IMG/VR virus record: IMGVR_UViG_2863283106_000001
Location: 1 to 64,000 of that record
DNA length: 64,000 nt
DNA from: a virus
Lineage: Duplodnaviria > Caudoviricetes
Direction: 5' to 3' (one strand)
Shown: positions 17,615 to 27,497 of the stretch, piece by piece
Numbering within the stretch: position 1 is the first letter of the stretch
Layout of the letters: each line of letters starts with the position of its first letter
Translations under genes and position numbers: made by a program
The notes under the pieces: model-generated
Databases searched by the model: none
Told to the model about the DNA's origin: nothing
What the model saw: only the letters and a program-made list of their open reading frames with translations

Positions 17615-18835
17615 TCAGTAGTGGAAGCTGTCGGAGCGTTTCAGGGTGAAGGTCACGAGCCCGTCGGCGCTGATCTCGTCGGAGACGATGCGGTGCCACA
17701 CGTCGATGTCCCCCACCCACGGCACGTGCACCTGCACCCGGATGTCGTCACCGAGGGACCACGACCCGAACCGGGCATTGGGGTGGTCGATGATCTGGAC
17801 GGCGGGAATCTGCAGGGCGGCCGTGCGGCCGTTGAGTTCCTGCTGCCCCCGCTTGCGGAGTGCTTCCCCCGAGGTCAGCGTCTTGTCGGTGACGGTGGCC
17901 ACCCGGCGCAGCCGTCTGGTGCCCCAGGTCCGCGAGGCGAAGTCCGCCACCTGGACGCGCTTCATCTTCCGGCCCTCGCCGCGGCCCAGGACAATGACCT
18001 CGTTGGCGTAGTCGTCGCCCATGCCCTCGGGTTTGGCGATGGCGATGATGTTCTCGCCCTGAGCGAAGCGCAGGTCAGTGCGCTTGCGTCCCAGGCGGGG
18101 CGTGCCGAGCCTCACCCGGTGGGTGATGGTGTTGCTGGTCGAGTCCTTCCAGGCGTGGGTCTCGATCCAGTCGAATTGGTACTGCTTGACGAGGTTGTCG
18201 AGGGTCTGCCCGCAGTCGGGGGCGTCCCACCAGGCCAGTTCCCACGGGTCGCTGCCGTCCTTGGCGCCGAGCAGCTCGCCCTTGTCGTGACTGTCGATCA
18301 CCAGGCCGACGTCGCTGAACGGTCTCGACTGCACGTGAGACCAGATCTTGCGGAAGGCGTCGTAGACGTCGATGCGGGGGCCGCCGTACGGCTTCGGCGC
18401 CGGCGGGACCTTCCGCTTGGGATTCGAGAAATCGATATACCCGTCATGATTCTTGTCTTTGCCCGCATACGGGTCTTTTGGTGTGATCTTCTGGCCCGAG
18501 ATGATGTAGTCATCGAACGGAATGCCGTGCGGGTACGAGGAGAACCCTTCGCAACTGACCTTGGCCTGCTCCCCGTCGTATGCCGTCTTCGTCACCAGCC
18601 CGCCCCACCGGATCGAGCCGTCCACCTCCAGGTAGATCTTGGTGCCCCACTCTTGCAGGATCGGCTGTCCGTCCGGCCCGAGCATCCGTGCGTACTCGGG
18701 TTCGATCGTGCCTGTCATCGAGCCCGGCCCGGACAGGTCCCGCTTCGGGTTGGACGACAGGGCGAACGGCACCTGCCAGTCCAGCACTTCCTCGCTGAGT
18801 GCGCTCTGCGCGATGAACCGCCACCCGGCCGGCAC
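17615..18835 (-). CDS. Minor tail (baseplate hub, Gp37-like) protein
   Basis: RDLSGPGSMTGTI, IRWGGLV, LGTPRLGRKRTDLRFAQGENI, YANEVIVLGRGEG, SLGDDIRV. Confidence 0.85.
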   Translation of the reverse strand: MPAGWRFIAQSALSEEVLDWQVPFALSSNPKRDLSGPGSMTGTIEPEYARMLGPDGQPILQEWGTKIYLEVDGSIRWGGLVTKTAYDGEQAKVSCEGFSSYPHGIPFDDYIISGQKITPKDPYAGKDKNHDGYIDFSNPKRKVPPAPKPYGGPRIDVYDAFRKIWSHVQSRPFSDVGLVIDSHDKGELLGAKDGSDPWELAWWDAPDCGQTLDNLVKQYQFDWIETHAWKDSTSNTITHRVRLGTPRLGRKRTDLRFAQGENIIAIAKPEGMGDDYANEVIVLGRGEGRKMKRVQVADFASRTWGTRRLRRVATVTDKTLTSGEALRKRGQQELNGRTAALQIPAVQIIDHPNARFGSWSLGDDIRVQVHVPWVGDIDVWHRIVSDEISADGLVTFTLKRSDSFHY

Positions 18836-18838
18836 CCC

Positions 18839-19810
18839 TCACACCTCCTCTTCGTCCGGCTTCTCGACGAACTCGACGTCGGCGACGATCGACGTGCCGG
18901 CGTCGACGGACAGATCACCGGTCTCCGAGCGGTACATGTACGTCTGCACCGACAGGGTCTGAGTGGTGCCGCGCATGGAGCTGGGGACCGCGTGGTTGTC
19001 GGCGAGGACGATGGTGGAGCGGCGCGTGCCGGTGCCGGAGTCGTCGTCGATGTAGGTGTCCTGACCGAGCATCGACCCGAATTTGGTCTGCATCCGCGCG
19101 TAGATGTCCGACCGTGTCATGCGCAGCCCGGCGAAGGTCATGACGATCTTCATGCGGGTTGCCCATGAGGGCACGTCGATGTCCCAGGACGCGGCGCCGG
19201 GCCAGTTGTGCCATCTGTTGTCCGAGTAGCCCATGGTCGACAGAGTCCCGGGGAACGCGGTGTAGAGGACCCGGTCTCGGCGGGAGGAGACCATGCTCCG
19301 CAGATCCTTGATCATTCCCTGGGTGATCGCTGACGTGTTCGCCGGGATGGTGATGCGGGCCAGAGTGATCGCTGAGTCGTTCGGGCGGACCTGCCGCACG
19401 TCGGTGGTCGTGCTCGGCACCCCGGAGATCACTCGCGTGAAGATGTACGGGCCGGTAGCGGCGTTGGAGGGGAGCGGCCACGTCTCCCCATAGGAGTAGG
19501 GGTTTTCAACGCGGGCCACGATCAGGTCCGTTCGGGCAGACGAGCCGGTCGCCGCGATGTTGACCGTGTCCGAGGTCGGCAGCCGGCCCGCGTACGCCTG
19601 ATAGGTCGCTCCGGCCGCCCGGTTGAGGATCGCGCACGCCCCCGGCCGCACCTGCACCTGAGCCGCAGGCGATGACAAGGCCCTGACCGCCAGGTCCCCG
19701 GACCCGACGATGCCCTGCCCCCCACCGAACGCGGCATACGCCAACAGCCGCGCCACCTCCGTGGAGTGCTCCGCCTGCCCCTCGGTGAACCACGGAACGC
19801 TGTCCCACAT
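18839..19810 (-). CDS. Minor tail protein
   Basis: MWDSVPW..GIVGSGDLAV..RTDLIVARVENP..ITLARITIPANTSAIT..IKDLR; position in tail tip cluster. Confidence 0.82.
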   Translation of the reverse strand: MWDSVPWFTEGQAEHSTEVARLLAYAAFGGGQGIVGSGDLAVRALSSPAAQVQVRPGACAILNRAAGATYQAYAGRLPTSDTVNIAATGSSARTDLIVARVENPYSYGETWPLPSNAATGPYIFTRVISGVPSTTTDVRQVRPNDSAITLARITIPANTSAITQGMIKDLRSMVSSRRDRVLYTAFPGTLSTMGYSDNRWHNWPGAASWDIDVPSWATRMKIVMTFAGLRMTRSDIYARMQTKFGSMLGQDTYIDDDSGTGTRRSTIVLADNHAVPSSMRGTTQTLSVQTYMYRSETGDLSVDAGTSIVADVEFVEKPDEEEV

Positions 19811-19847
19811 CTCGCTTCTCCTCCGCTGCTGCTCTCGTGGACAGCGG

Positions 19848-19878
19848 AGGATCACGGGCCGGTACGGCTTGTGTCGCG
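19848..19878 (-). promoter_or_regulatory. Late-promoter-like motif
   Basis: CGCGAC-ACAAG..(19 nt)-GATCCT. Confidence 0.7.
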
Positions 19879-19889
19879 CCCTGGGCCGG

Positions 19890-20825
19890 CTACATGTACG
19901 CGTAGGCGTCGCGCCAGGCCACGGTCATGTATGCCGTGGCGGTCGCGTCCGTGCCGCGCAGCACGAAGTCCTGCCGGCCGGTCGGGATCAGCAGGTGCTC
20001 GAGGAACGGGGACCCTCGAGTGATCAGGCCCGCAACGCTTGCACTGCCTCGCTTCACCGTCCGCACCCACGGCCGCGGGTCGATGACGACCCGCTCGCCC
20101 GCCGCGAGGGTCAGGTTCAGTTGCACCTTCCACCGTCCGACCAGCTCGCACGCAGGCTGAGCAATCGGCCCCACGATAGTGATGACGGGCCACGTCGGGC
20201 GGTTACCGCGTACCACGATCTCCCCGGGCGCGCGGGCCGCGCTCTCCCCGACCATCATCAGCGGCGCCTTGAGGGGCCCCTTGATGCCGCGGTGCGGCGG
20301 CGGTGCCATGTCCACGCGCACGCTTTGTTCGATGTCGTCGAAACTCCCGGTGTGCGACGCGGCGAAGTTTGCCACCATCGGCGTGTACCCCTGCCGGGTC
20401 AGCTTGGAAGCGGCCTTCTCGCACTTGCGGGGCCGCCCGTACCAGCGGCGCGCGCGGCCGCCCTGCATGGTGGACAGCACCGCGGGCGTGGCCATGACGT
20501 CGCGGATCGCCTTCGCGTCCCACGCCTGCTTCATGACCGACACCGCGTCCAGGTTCGCGCCGTGCCGGGCCAGCAGGGTGCCGCCGGCGTCGACGGTGTC
20601 CACCCCTACCTCGAACGTGATGGTCGCACCGGTGGTGAAGTCCTGTCCGTGCCGGAGACCGTCCTCCCGTGGCAGCGGGGTATCCCCGTTGGTCACGTCG
20701 GCGTCCTTGATCTCGACGTCGTCGAGCAGGTAGTAGCCCGATCGCACGGTGCCGAACGTGAAGTTCGCCCCGGGGTGGACCCCCCGCGCGCTGTACGACA
20801 GTCTCCACTCGCCCTCAGCCGGCAT
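19890..20825 (-). CDS. Distal tail (Dit)-like protein
   Basis: Immediately after tape measure; RRWYGRPR, GNRPTWPVITIVGPI, VVIDPRPW, ends VAWRDAY. Confidence 0.8.
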   Translation of the reverse strand: MPAEGEWRLSYSARGVHPGANFTFGTVRSGYYLLDDVEIKDADVTNGDTPLPREDGLRHGQDFTTGATITFEVGVDTVDAGGTLLARHGANLDAVSVMKQAWDAKAIRDVMATPAVLSTMQGGRARRWYGRPRKCEKAASKLTRQGYTPMVANFAASHTGSFDDIEQSVRVDMAPPPHRGIKGPLKAPLMMVGESAARAPGEIVVRGNRPTWPVITIVGPIAQPACELVGRWKVQLNLTLAAGERVVIDPRPWVRTVKRGSASVAGLITRGSPFLEHLLIPTGRQDFVLRGTDATATAYMTVAWRDAYAYM

Positions 20826-23800
20826 ACGCCCCTCCCAGCTTGATCCTGCGCAGCTCGAACATGGCGTCGCCCAGGGCCTGGCTCGGCGACATAGGCGCGC
20901 TCGTCATGGTCAGGTTCAGATCCCCGCCGACCAGGGCCGAGGTCGCGGCCGCGACGGTCGCACGGGTGCGTGCCGCGGCCACGCCGGAGGTGCGGATGCC
21001 GCCGGACGCGTAGTTCCGCAGGGCGCCGCGGCCGGGGTAGACGACCATGCCGCCGAAGATTTCCGCGACCCGGTCAAGGATTCGCTCACTCCGCTTACGC
21101 TTTGCTTTTGCAAGAGGCAAGTATGCCTCGCCTCCGGTCTCAGGCTCCGCCCATATGCGCCATTCGCCCGGTCTTGCTATCTGCGCGATGTGCCGTTCCG
21201 TTCCGTTTGCGAATGCCTGGATACGGCCGCGGGCGGCGCGGATACCGCCATCGGCGAAGCGGACAATGCCACCATCAGCCTGCGGCCGGCCGACCACCGA
21301 GGGCTTCCCGGACTCCGAGTACCTGACCGTGACGTGCACGGTCTTCCCGGTCAGACCGTTGATCGCGCCCTGAATGGTCTGCACGTTCGCCAACGGCGTC
21401 TTGGTCGGGGCCGTGATCCGAACCGTCTTACCGTTCTTCCCGTCAACGTTCTCGATCTTGTACCCAAGATCCTCGAGCGCCCTCTGAGCGACCGCAGTAG
21501 GGGTCTTGACCTCGATGGACTTGCCCTTGGGCAGGCCCGCCACCTTCTCCTGCACGCCCTTGAGGTCGCCAACGGCCTGCCGGATGATCGCCTCGACCGT
21601 GACCTTCTTCTTGTCCGGCGCGGCAGCGATGTCCTCCGCCAGCGCGCCAAGGTTCGCGCGCGCCCCGCCGGTCGGCGCGGTCACCGACACGTTCTTGCTG
21701 CCGGGGATGCGCTGCACAGAAAAGCCCAACAGCTCGAGCTGCTCGCGAGCCTCGATAGAGGGCGCCTTGATCTGGATGGACTTCCCCGGCGGGATCTGCG
21801 ACAACTGGCCCTGCAGTGCAAGCACCTCAGCCGTCGCTTCGGGGACGCCGGTCGTGGCGATGAGAGTGGTGACGGTGTCCGGGACCAGCCCCATCTGGTC
21901 GGCGAGTGCCTTGGCCTGTTCCTTCGGAACGCCCATGTCCACGGCGAGTTGGATGGCCTTCGCGCGGGCCTTCTCCATGGCATCGCTGCTCAGGCTCATC
22001 GCCTGCGCCATGGGCATGGCGCCCTTCTCCGCGGCCTCGACCGCCCGGGTAGTGACGCCCAGCATGGAGTCCCGCAGCTCTGTGAGCTGACTGTTCAGGG
22101 TCTGGCCGTTGCGGGTGGAGGTGTCGACCAGGCCGTTGTTGGCAATGAGGGCCTTGCCCCAGCCTTCGGCCTTCTCGATGTTCGACCCCATGGTGTCGTC
22201 GATCTGGAGCATCACGGAGTTGAGCTGCGCCTGCGCGTCGTGGACGCTCTGCGTGTTGCCGTTCAGGGCGTCCAGGGCCCGCTTGAGCGCGTCCACCCGC
22301 TCGTCGGCCGACTTGGTCTTGTCGCTGAAGTCCTGCACCGCGGTCGTCAGCCGGCTGTAGGAACTGGCACCCACATCTCCGGCGTTACGCATCGCGTCAG
22401 CGGCTTCCTTGCTGTCGCGCTTGCTCTTGCCCAGCTCACCGTTGACCGCCTTGAGCGCGTCGGCCGCCGCCTTGTACCTCTCGCCTTCCTCCGTGTAGTC
22501 CAGGACCGACGCCTTGCCGCCCGCGATGTCCTTGTAGACCCGGTGCGTGTCGGCCAGCTCCTGCAGCTTCTTCTGCAGGCCGCCGATGCTGCCCTCCTGC
22601 TCCAGGTAGGCGTCGGTGAGCGTCGTCAGGCTCACGCCCGCATCACGCATGACGTCGACCAGCCGCCCGTTGCCGTCAGCCAGCTCGGTGCCCTGGAGGA
22701 GCTGCACGGCCTGCGCCCGGACGTTGGCGTCGATGACACCATTGGAGTCGGCCAGGGCTTGTGACAGAGACTGGACGCGCTCCTTGTGCGCCTGGGCCGC
22801 GCGGGCGTTCTCCTCCTGCTTGGCGGCGAGGAGACCCAGACCGATGGTGACGCCGGCGATGGCAAGACCGAGCGGTCCCCCCATGACAGCCATCATCCCG
22901 CCCATGGCACGGGAGGCGACCCGGTTGGCGGCACCGATACCGCGCAGGGCACCGGACAGACGACCGCCTTGCGCGGCCGCGCCCTGGTAGGCGAGGCCCA
23001 TCCGCTGCCACATGCTGATCTGCGGGCCCATGACCCCAGGGCCCATGGTGCCGCTCATCGTGGTGCCGAGACCGCGCACGGAGGTGCCCGCGGCCGCCAC
23101 CGACGTCCCGAACCGGCCGATCAGGCCGGCGATGCTGCTGACCACCTTGAGGGCGAGCATCGTGCCCAGGAGGGTAGCCAGGACGGTGTTCGCGCCGGGG
23201 ACAACGCTCATCAGCGTGTTGAAGACCTGCAACAGGCCACTGAACGCCATGAGCAGCACCCCGAGCCCAGAGCCGGCTGCCGCGAGGTTTCCGATCGCTG
23301 TGGCAATGTTCGAGATCAGGGAGATGAGCGCCGGGCCGATGGTCTGCCCGAGCCCGTCGAAGAACGCGCCTAGGGCGGGCATCAGCTCGGTTCGGATCTG
23401 CCGGACCAGGTCGAGGATGCCGCCGTCCCGCATGGACCGGCCCAGCCCTCGCATCAGGTCGCCAAACATCTTGTTGACCTCGGTGAACACGGGCGCGGCA
23501 TCGGAAAAGAACTGCCGCATGGCCTTCTGGCCGGCGCCCGAGTTGGCCCAGCGCTCGAAGCGCTTCATGCTGCCCTCGAGGCCGTCGACCAGCGCGTTGC
23601 CGGTGTCCATGGCGGCCTTGCCGACACCGCCGAGTCCCTTGATGAGGCTACCGGTGGAGCGGCCGAGCTGTGCGGCCTTGTCACCAGCGTGGTCAAGGAA
23701 GCGGGCGAGGCTGCCGGTTTCCCGTCCGGCCTTCACGGAGGCCCGGAACCACTGGGTCATCCGCTCGCCGCCGCGTGCGACCCGCTCGGCGAACGGCCCG

Positions 23801-24873
23801 GAGGCCACCAGGAAGTCCATGGTGGCCCGGCCGACGTTGGCGAGGCTGTCGGCCATGTGGCCGACGATCCGCGAGTTCGACGAGGCGATGGTCTTGAAGT
23901 CTTTGCGGAACGGGCCGCTCTGCATGAACTTCGCGCCGCGTTCCGCCAGGGACCCCATCTGCGCAGCAGAGTCACCCAGAGCGTCCTCGAGGAGCGGGAA
24001 CACCGACTTGGCAAGCGGCTTGATGTCGTCGGCGACCTCGGAAAAGAACCGGTCGCTGACCGTCATACGGACCTCGCTCCACTCCGTTTGGAGTGAAGAC
24101 ACCGCCTTGACTGCTTCGCGGGCGGAAGGCGACAGCTTGTCCATCGCCTCTTTCAGCTTCTTCTGCTGCGCCTCAGTGACCTTGCCGTCCTGGGCGAGCA
24201 TCTGCTGAGCGGCGTTCGACTGCTTGAGCGCTTCACCGAAGCCTTTGAACGCGACCGTCGTGCCGATCGCCGCGGTGGCCGCCGCAGAGATCAGACCGGG
24301 TATCGCTCCGAGGACACCCACAGCCGGGGTGGCCGCGGACACGAGCGCGGTGAGGCCAGCGCCGTACTGCCCGATGAGGGCGACCGCGGGCTGCAGCAGG
24401 GAGATGAGGGCGCCGATGCCGAGCATCCGCAGGCTTCGGCGGCCCCCGCCGGGCAGGCTCATCCGCACCGGCACGTGGACCGGGTTACGGTCGGCCTCGC
24501 CCTGCGCACCGGTGATCAGGCCCCGGAGGCGGGAGAGGAGTCCGCCGCTTTGCCCTCCGCCATCGCCTTCGCCGTCCGGGCGTACCGGTAGGCGAAGGTC
24601 GGCGTCGTCGACGCGGCGGCGCAGCGCCTCGAGTTCGGCCTGGAACCGGCTCTCGTCGACCTTGACCCGGACCGTCGCGGTGACGCCCCGGGACGCCTTC
24701 TCTACGGCCTTCTCCAGCCGCTTGCGCAGCCCCTTGGAATCGACCTCGACCTTGACCTGGGCGGCCAGGCCCTCGGCGGCCGTCTCGACTGCCGTGCGGA
24801 GCTTTTCCGCGAAGCCGGCCAGGTTGGCGACGACCGGCACGTCGAGGCGGCCGGCCTGCAGGCCCTCAGCCAC
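20815..24873 (-). CDS. Tape measure protein
   Basis: 1352 aa Ala/Gly/Leu-rich helical protein after tail chaperones; C-terminal ADGG/FANG and WAEPETGGEAYLPL motifs. Confidence 0.93.
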   Translation of the reverse strand: MAEGLQAGRLDVPVVANLAGFAEKLRTAVETAAEGLAAQVKVEVDSKGLRKRLEKAVEKASRGVTATVRVKVDESRFQAELEALRRRVDDADLRLPVRPDGEGDGGGQSGGLLSRLRGLITGAQGEADRNPVHVPVRMSLPGGGRRSLRMLGIGALISLLQPAVALIGQYGAGLTALVSAATPAVGVLGAIPGLISAAATAAIGTTVAFKGFGEALKQSNAAQQMLAQDGKVTEAQQKKLKEAMDKLSPSAREAVKAVSSLQTEWSEVRMTVSDRFFSEVADDIKPLAKSVFPLLEDALGDSAAQMGSLAERGAKFMQSGPFRKDFKTIASSNSRIVGHMADSLANVGRATMDFLVASGPFAERVARGGERMTQWFRASVKAGRETGSLARFLDHAGDKAAQLGRSTGSLIKGLGGVGKAAMDTGNALVDGLEGSMKRFERWANSGAGQKAMRQFFSDAAPVFTEVNKMFGDLMRGLGRSMRDGGILDLVRQIRTELMPALGAFFDGLGQTIGPALISLISNIATAIGNLAAAGSGLGVLLMAFSGLLQVFNTLMSVVPGANTVLATLLGTMLALKVVSSIAGLIGRFGTSVAAAGTSVRGLGTTMSGTMGPGVMGPQISMWQRMGLAYQGAAAQGGRLSGALRGIGAANRVASRAMGGMMAVMGGPLGLAIAGVTIGLGLLAAKQEENARAAQAHKERVQSLSQALADSNGVIDANVRAQAVQLLQGTELADGNGRLVDVMRDAGVSLTTLTDAYLEQEGSIGGLQKKLQELADTHRVYKDIAGGKASVLDYTEEGERYKAAADALKAVNGELGKSKRDSKEAADAMRNAGDVGASSYSRLTTAVQDFSDKTKSADERVDALKRALDALNGNTQSVHDAQAQLNSVMLQIDDTMGSNIEKAEGWGKALIANNGLVDTSTRNGQTLNSQLTELRDSMLGVTTRAVEAAEKGAMPMAQAMSLSSDAMEKARAKAIQLAVDMGVPKEQAKALADQMGLVPDTVTTLIATTGVPEATAEVLALQGQLSQIPPGKSIQIKAPSIEAREQLELLGFSVQRIPGSKNVSVTAPTGGARANLGALAEDIAAAPDKKKVTVEAIIRQAVGDLKGVQEKVAGLPKGKSIEVKTPTAVAQRALEDLGYKIENVDGKNGKTVRITAPTKTPLANVQTIQGAINGLTGKTVHVTVRYSESGKPSVVGRPQADGGIVRFADGGIRAARGRIQAFANGTERHIAQIARPGEWRIWAEPETGGEAYLPLAKAKRKRSERILDRVAEIFGGMVVYPGRGALRNYASGGIRTSGVAAARTRATVAAATSALVGGDLNLTMTSAPMSPSQALGDAMFELRRIKLGGAYAG

Positions 24874-25318
24874 TGCGAACCATTCCTCTCTGCATGGCGG
24901 CCATGAGCATCTGCCGGTGGCCGGTCATGCGGGGCGCCTGCTGCGGGGCGGGCGACGACGGCGGTGGGGGCGGCGTGGAGCTGCGGGGCCGACGCGTCGT
25001 GCGTTCCTCGTAGCGAGGCGGACGGATGACGTGGGTGGGTTCCTCACGCCGCTTGTCGGCGGCCAGGAGCCCGATCTCGTCGACGATCAGCGCCAGGAGT
25101 TCCAGGTCCTTGGTCCAGCCGCCGAGCGGGGCGGAGCGGACGCTGGAGTCGTCGGGCAGACGGTCGATGAGGGAGATCAGCCGTCGGAGGCCGATGAATC
25201 CTGGCTGCCCGGGGCGGAGCCAGACGCCTCGGGCGTCGAGTCCGTGGTGGTAGCGGGAGAGGTCGGATTCGACGTCTCCGAAGCGTTCTCGGAGGAGTCG
25301 GCCGACCGAAAGAGCTTT
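24866..25318 (-). CDS. Tail assembly chaperone, frameshifted (gpT-like) portion
   Basis: The -1 frame from GGGAAAG reads ALSVGRLLRERFGDVESDLSRYH..LIDRLPDDS..GGWTKDLELLA to TGA at 24866, overlapping the tape measure start; absent from the ORF track. Confidence 0.85.
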   Translation of the reverse strand, partial: KALSVGRLLRERFGDVESDLSRYHHGLDARGVWLRPGQPGFIGLRRLISLIDRLPDDSSVRSAPLGGWTKDLELLALIVDEIGLLAADKRREEPTHVIRPPRYEERTTRRPRSSTPPPPPSSPAPQQAPRMTGHRQMLMAAMQRGMVRSG

Positions 25319-25701
25319 CCCAACTCCACCCCGTAAACCCTGGCCAGGCCGGTCGTCAGCCGGACGTAGTCGCCGACGGACGGGCGCTGCTTGGTGAAGT
25401 CCTCGTACTGCTCGAGCAGGAGGATCGCGTACGTCTCACGGACCGCGCCGAGGAACTTCCGCGGCAGGGACGGGCGCCGGAACAGAGCGGCAATGACCTC
25501 CGAGACGCCGGCGTCGCCGTCGGCGGACTCGATGACCTCGCCGAGGAGACCGACCAGGTCCAGCTCGTCGGACAGGAGCGGATCGAGCGCTTCGGCCGGC
25601 AGCTCCGCCGGGAAAAGGAACTGCTCTCCGCCGAGACGGACGGGAATGCCGTGGGGGTACTGAACCTCGCGGCGCTCGGCGTCCAGGTCGATGACGAACA
25701 T
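25177..25701 (-). CDS. Tail assembly chaperone (gpG-like)
   Basis: Between major tail and tape measure genes; contains slippery heptamer. Confidence 0.85.
   Translation of the reverse strand: MFVIDLDAERREVQYPHGIPVRLGGEQFLFPAELPAEALDPLLSDELDLVGLLGEVIESADGDAGVSEVIAALFRRPSLPRKFLGAVRETYAILLLEQYEDFTKQRPSVGDYVRLTTGLARVYGVELGKLFRSADSSENASETSNPTSPATTTDSTPEASGSAPGSQDSSASDG
25315..25321 (-). other. Programmed -1 frameshift site G GGA AAG
   Basis: Same heptamer as the lambda G/T site; opens a long -1 frame. Confidence 0.85.
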
Positions 25702-25756
25702 GGGTGTGACCTCTCGTGTGTGCGTAGCTGGGTCGCATTGGTGCGGCAGCGCGCGG

Positions 25757-25787
25757 ACAGTGGCAGTGCCGCATGGCTTACGTCGCG
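25757..25787 (-). promoter_or_regulatory. Late-promoter-like motif
   Basis: CGCGAC-GTAAG..(19 nt)-CACTGT. Confidence 0.7.
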
Positions 25788-25791
25788 CCGT

Positions 25792-25830
25792 GGGCCGCCC
25801 CTGCTGTGCTGGGGCGGGGAGGGGCGGCCC
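25792..25830 (-). terminator. Hairpin after major tail gene
   Basis: gggccgcccct ... aggggcggccc. Confidence 0.55.
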
Positions 25831-25839
25831 GGGAGCGGG

Positions 25840-26673
25840 TTACTCGTAGGTGAAGCCGCCGGCCTGGGTGACGGTGCCGCCCGCGGTGGTCACGACCACG
25901 TCCTTCGCGCCGGCGGTGCTGGCCGGCGTGGTGACGGTCAGCTCCGTGTCGCTCTCGATGACCAGGCCGGTGCCTGCCGCGCCGCCGAACGTCACGCCGG
26001 TCGCGCTGTCGAGGTTGGTGCCGACGATGGTGACGTTGGTACCGCCGGCGATGGGACCGGTGGACGGGGTCACGCTGGTGATGGTCGGCGCCGGGGGCTG
26101 GAACGCCAGGTCGTCCGTCAGCACGTACCAGGCATCGGTGTCGTCGCCGCCCTGGACGGCCAGGCGCAGCGGCAGGACGGACTCCTTGGTCTTGGCGAGG
26201 TCCTTGGAGACGCCTTCCATCTGCATGGTGCGGGGGATGACGTACCTGTAGTGCTTGCCGCCGTCGATGACCTCGATGACCGCGGCGATCTCGGTGCGGC
26301 CCCCGATCCGGGGCGGGGCGAACCGGAAGTGCTTGGAGCCGCCTCCCTCGGGGGTGACGACGGTGATGGAGCCGCCGCCGTACACGGCCCGGAAGTTCTT
26401 GCCGGACCACTGCTGCAGGTCGACCTCGATGGTCGCCGCGTCGGTCGTCTGGAACGTACGGGTGGGGTAGGCGGACTGCGCGCTGCGGACCTGCTCAAAG
26501 TTGGGCTCAGAGTTGAACTTGAGGCTGTCTTCGGTGAACAGTCCGACGCTGTACCAGCCGGCAGGCATGGCCGACGTGGCGTCGGCCGGGGCGGTGGTCC
26601 CGACGGGGGCCAGCCAGACGCGGCTGAGCTGGGGGATGACGATCTCGTTGTTGTTCGTGGTCTCGCCGGCCAT
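25840..26673 (-). CDS. Major tail protein with C-terminal IPT/TIG domain
   Basis: RVWLAPVGTTAP..GWYSVGLFTED; PTITSVTPSTGPIAGGTNVTIVGTNL..GFTY. Confidence 0.9.
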   Translation of the reverse strand: MAGETTNNNEIVIPQLSRVWLAPVGTTAPADATSAMPAGWYSVGLFTEDSLKFNSEPNFEQVRSAQSAYPTRTFQTTDAATIEVDLQQWSGKNFRAVYGGGSITVVTPEGGGSKHFRFAPPRIGGRTEIAAVIEVIDGGKHYRYVIPRTMQMEGVSKDLAKTKESVLPLRLAVQGGDDTDAWYVLTDDLAFQPPAPTITSVTPSTGPIAGGTNVTIVGTNLDSATGVTFGGAAGTGLVIESDTELTVTTPASTAGAKDVVVTTAGGTVTQAGGFTYE

Positions 26674-26712
26674 GGCGGGCCTCTCCTTGGTGTCCGGTGC
26701 TAGGGCGCGGAC

Positions 26713-26743
26713 ACCTTGGAGAGCCGGGAGGGTTAACGTCGCG
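26713..26743 (-). promoter_or_regulatory. Late-promoter-like motif
   Basis: CGCGAC-GTTAAC..(19 nt)-CAAGGT. Confidence 0.7.
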
Positions 26744-26746
26744 TCC

Positions 26747-27172
26747 TCACGGGTGCAGGGTGGTGGAGAGGTTCATGACCCACCTGGGTTGCCCGTCGGC
26801 GAGGGGGGACCACAGCAGCAAGCCGGACGGCTTGATGCCGCTGACGACCGGCCGGCCAGGGACATGGGGCGCCTCCCCCAGCTCCTGCGCCGCCTTCGCG
26901 CAGCGCAGGAGGATTCTGCGGAGTTCCGCCTTCCCTGGCCAGCCGCCCGGGTCGCCCCACGCCTCGAGGGTCACCTCCGGGGAGATGGCCCAGTTCAGGT
27001 CTCGCAGGTCCCCTCCGGGGCCGTGACCCACCAGGAGGTGCGGCCAGGGCGCTTCTGCGATGCCGGACACGCGACCGGGGCCGCCGAGTGCGTCGGCGGC
27101 CTGGTTGCTCTGCTGGAGCCAGGCGAGGATCTCGGAGACCGGATCGGCGTCCGCGAGTGTCAGTTCGGTCAT
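26747..27172 (-). CDS. Tail terminator-like protein
   Basis: 141 aa directly before major tail; PWPHLLV..GG..EVTLEAWG..PRW pattern. Confidence 0.7.
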   Translation of the reverse strand: MTELTLADADPVSEILAWLQQSNQAADALGGPGRVSGIAEAPWPHLLVGHGPGGDLRDLNWAISPEVTLEAWGDPGGWPGKAELRRILLRCAKAAQELGEAPHVPGRPVVSGIKPSGLLLWSPLADGQPRWVMNLSTTLHP

Positions 27173-27453
27173 CAGGTACGGGCGATGTAGCCCTGCCCGC
27201 GCAGCCGGCGGGCGTAGTCGGGAGAGACGCTGATCTCGGAGCCGGGCCGGTAGTCGACGCCGTCGATGGTCAGGTGGTGCGACAGCCGGACGGACACCGG
27301 ATCGGCGCCCACGGCGAGAGGTGGGCCGACGACGGGCGGGGCCTGGGCGGGGGCGCGCTTGGGGCGGGCCGCAGGGGTGTCGGTGACGTCCGTGGTGGAC
27401 TCCTCCGCCGCGGCGGCCACGGCGGGCTTCTTGGTGGTGGTGTTCGTAGCCAT
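27172..27453 (-). CDS. Small virion-associated hypothetical protein
   Basis: VRLSHHLTIDGVDYRPGSEISVSPDYARRLRGQGY; TGATG coupling to next gene. Confidence 0.7.
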   Translation of the reverse strand: MATNTTTKKPAVAAAAEESTTDVTDTPAARPKRAPAQAPPVVGPPLAVGADPVSVRLSHHLTIDGVDYRPGSEISVSPDYARRLRGQGYIART

Positions 27454-27460
27454 GGCGCGC

Positions 27461-27490
27461 ACTGTGCGCACCGGAGCCGTTTGTGTCGCG
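27461..27490 (-). promoter_or_regulatory. Late-promoter-like motif, leaderless
   Basis: CGCGAC-ACAAA..(18 nt)-CACAGT, 7 nt before ATG. Confidence 0.7.
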
Positions 27491-27497
27491 TCGTGGG

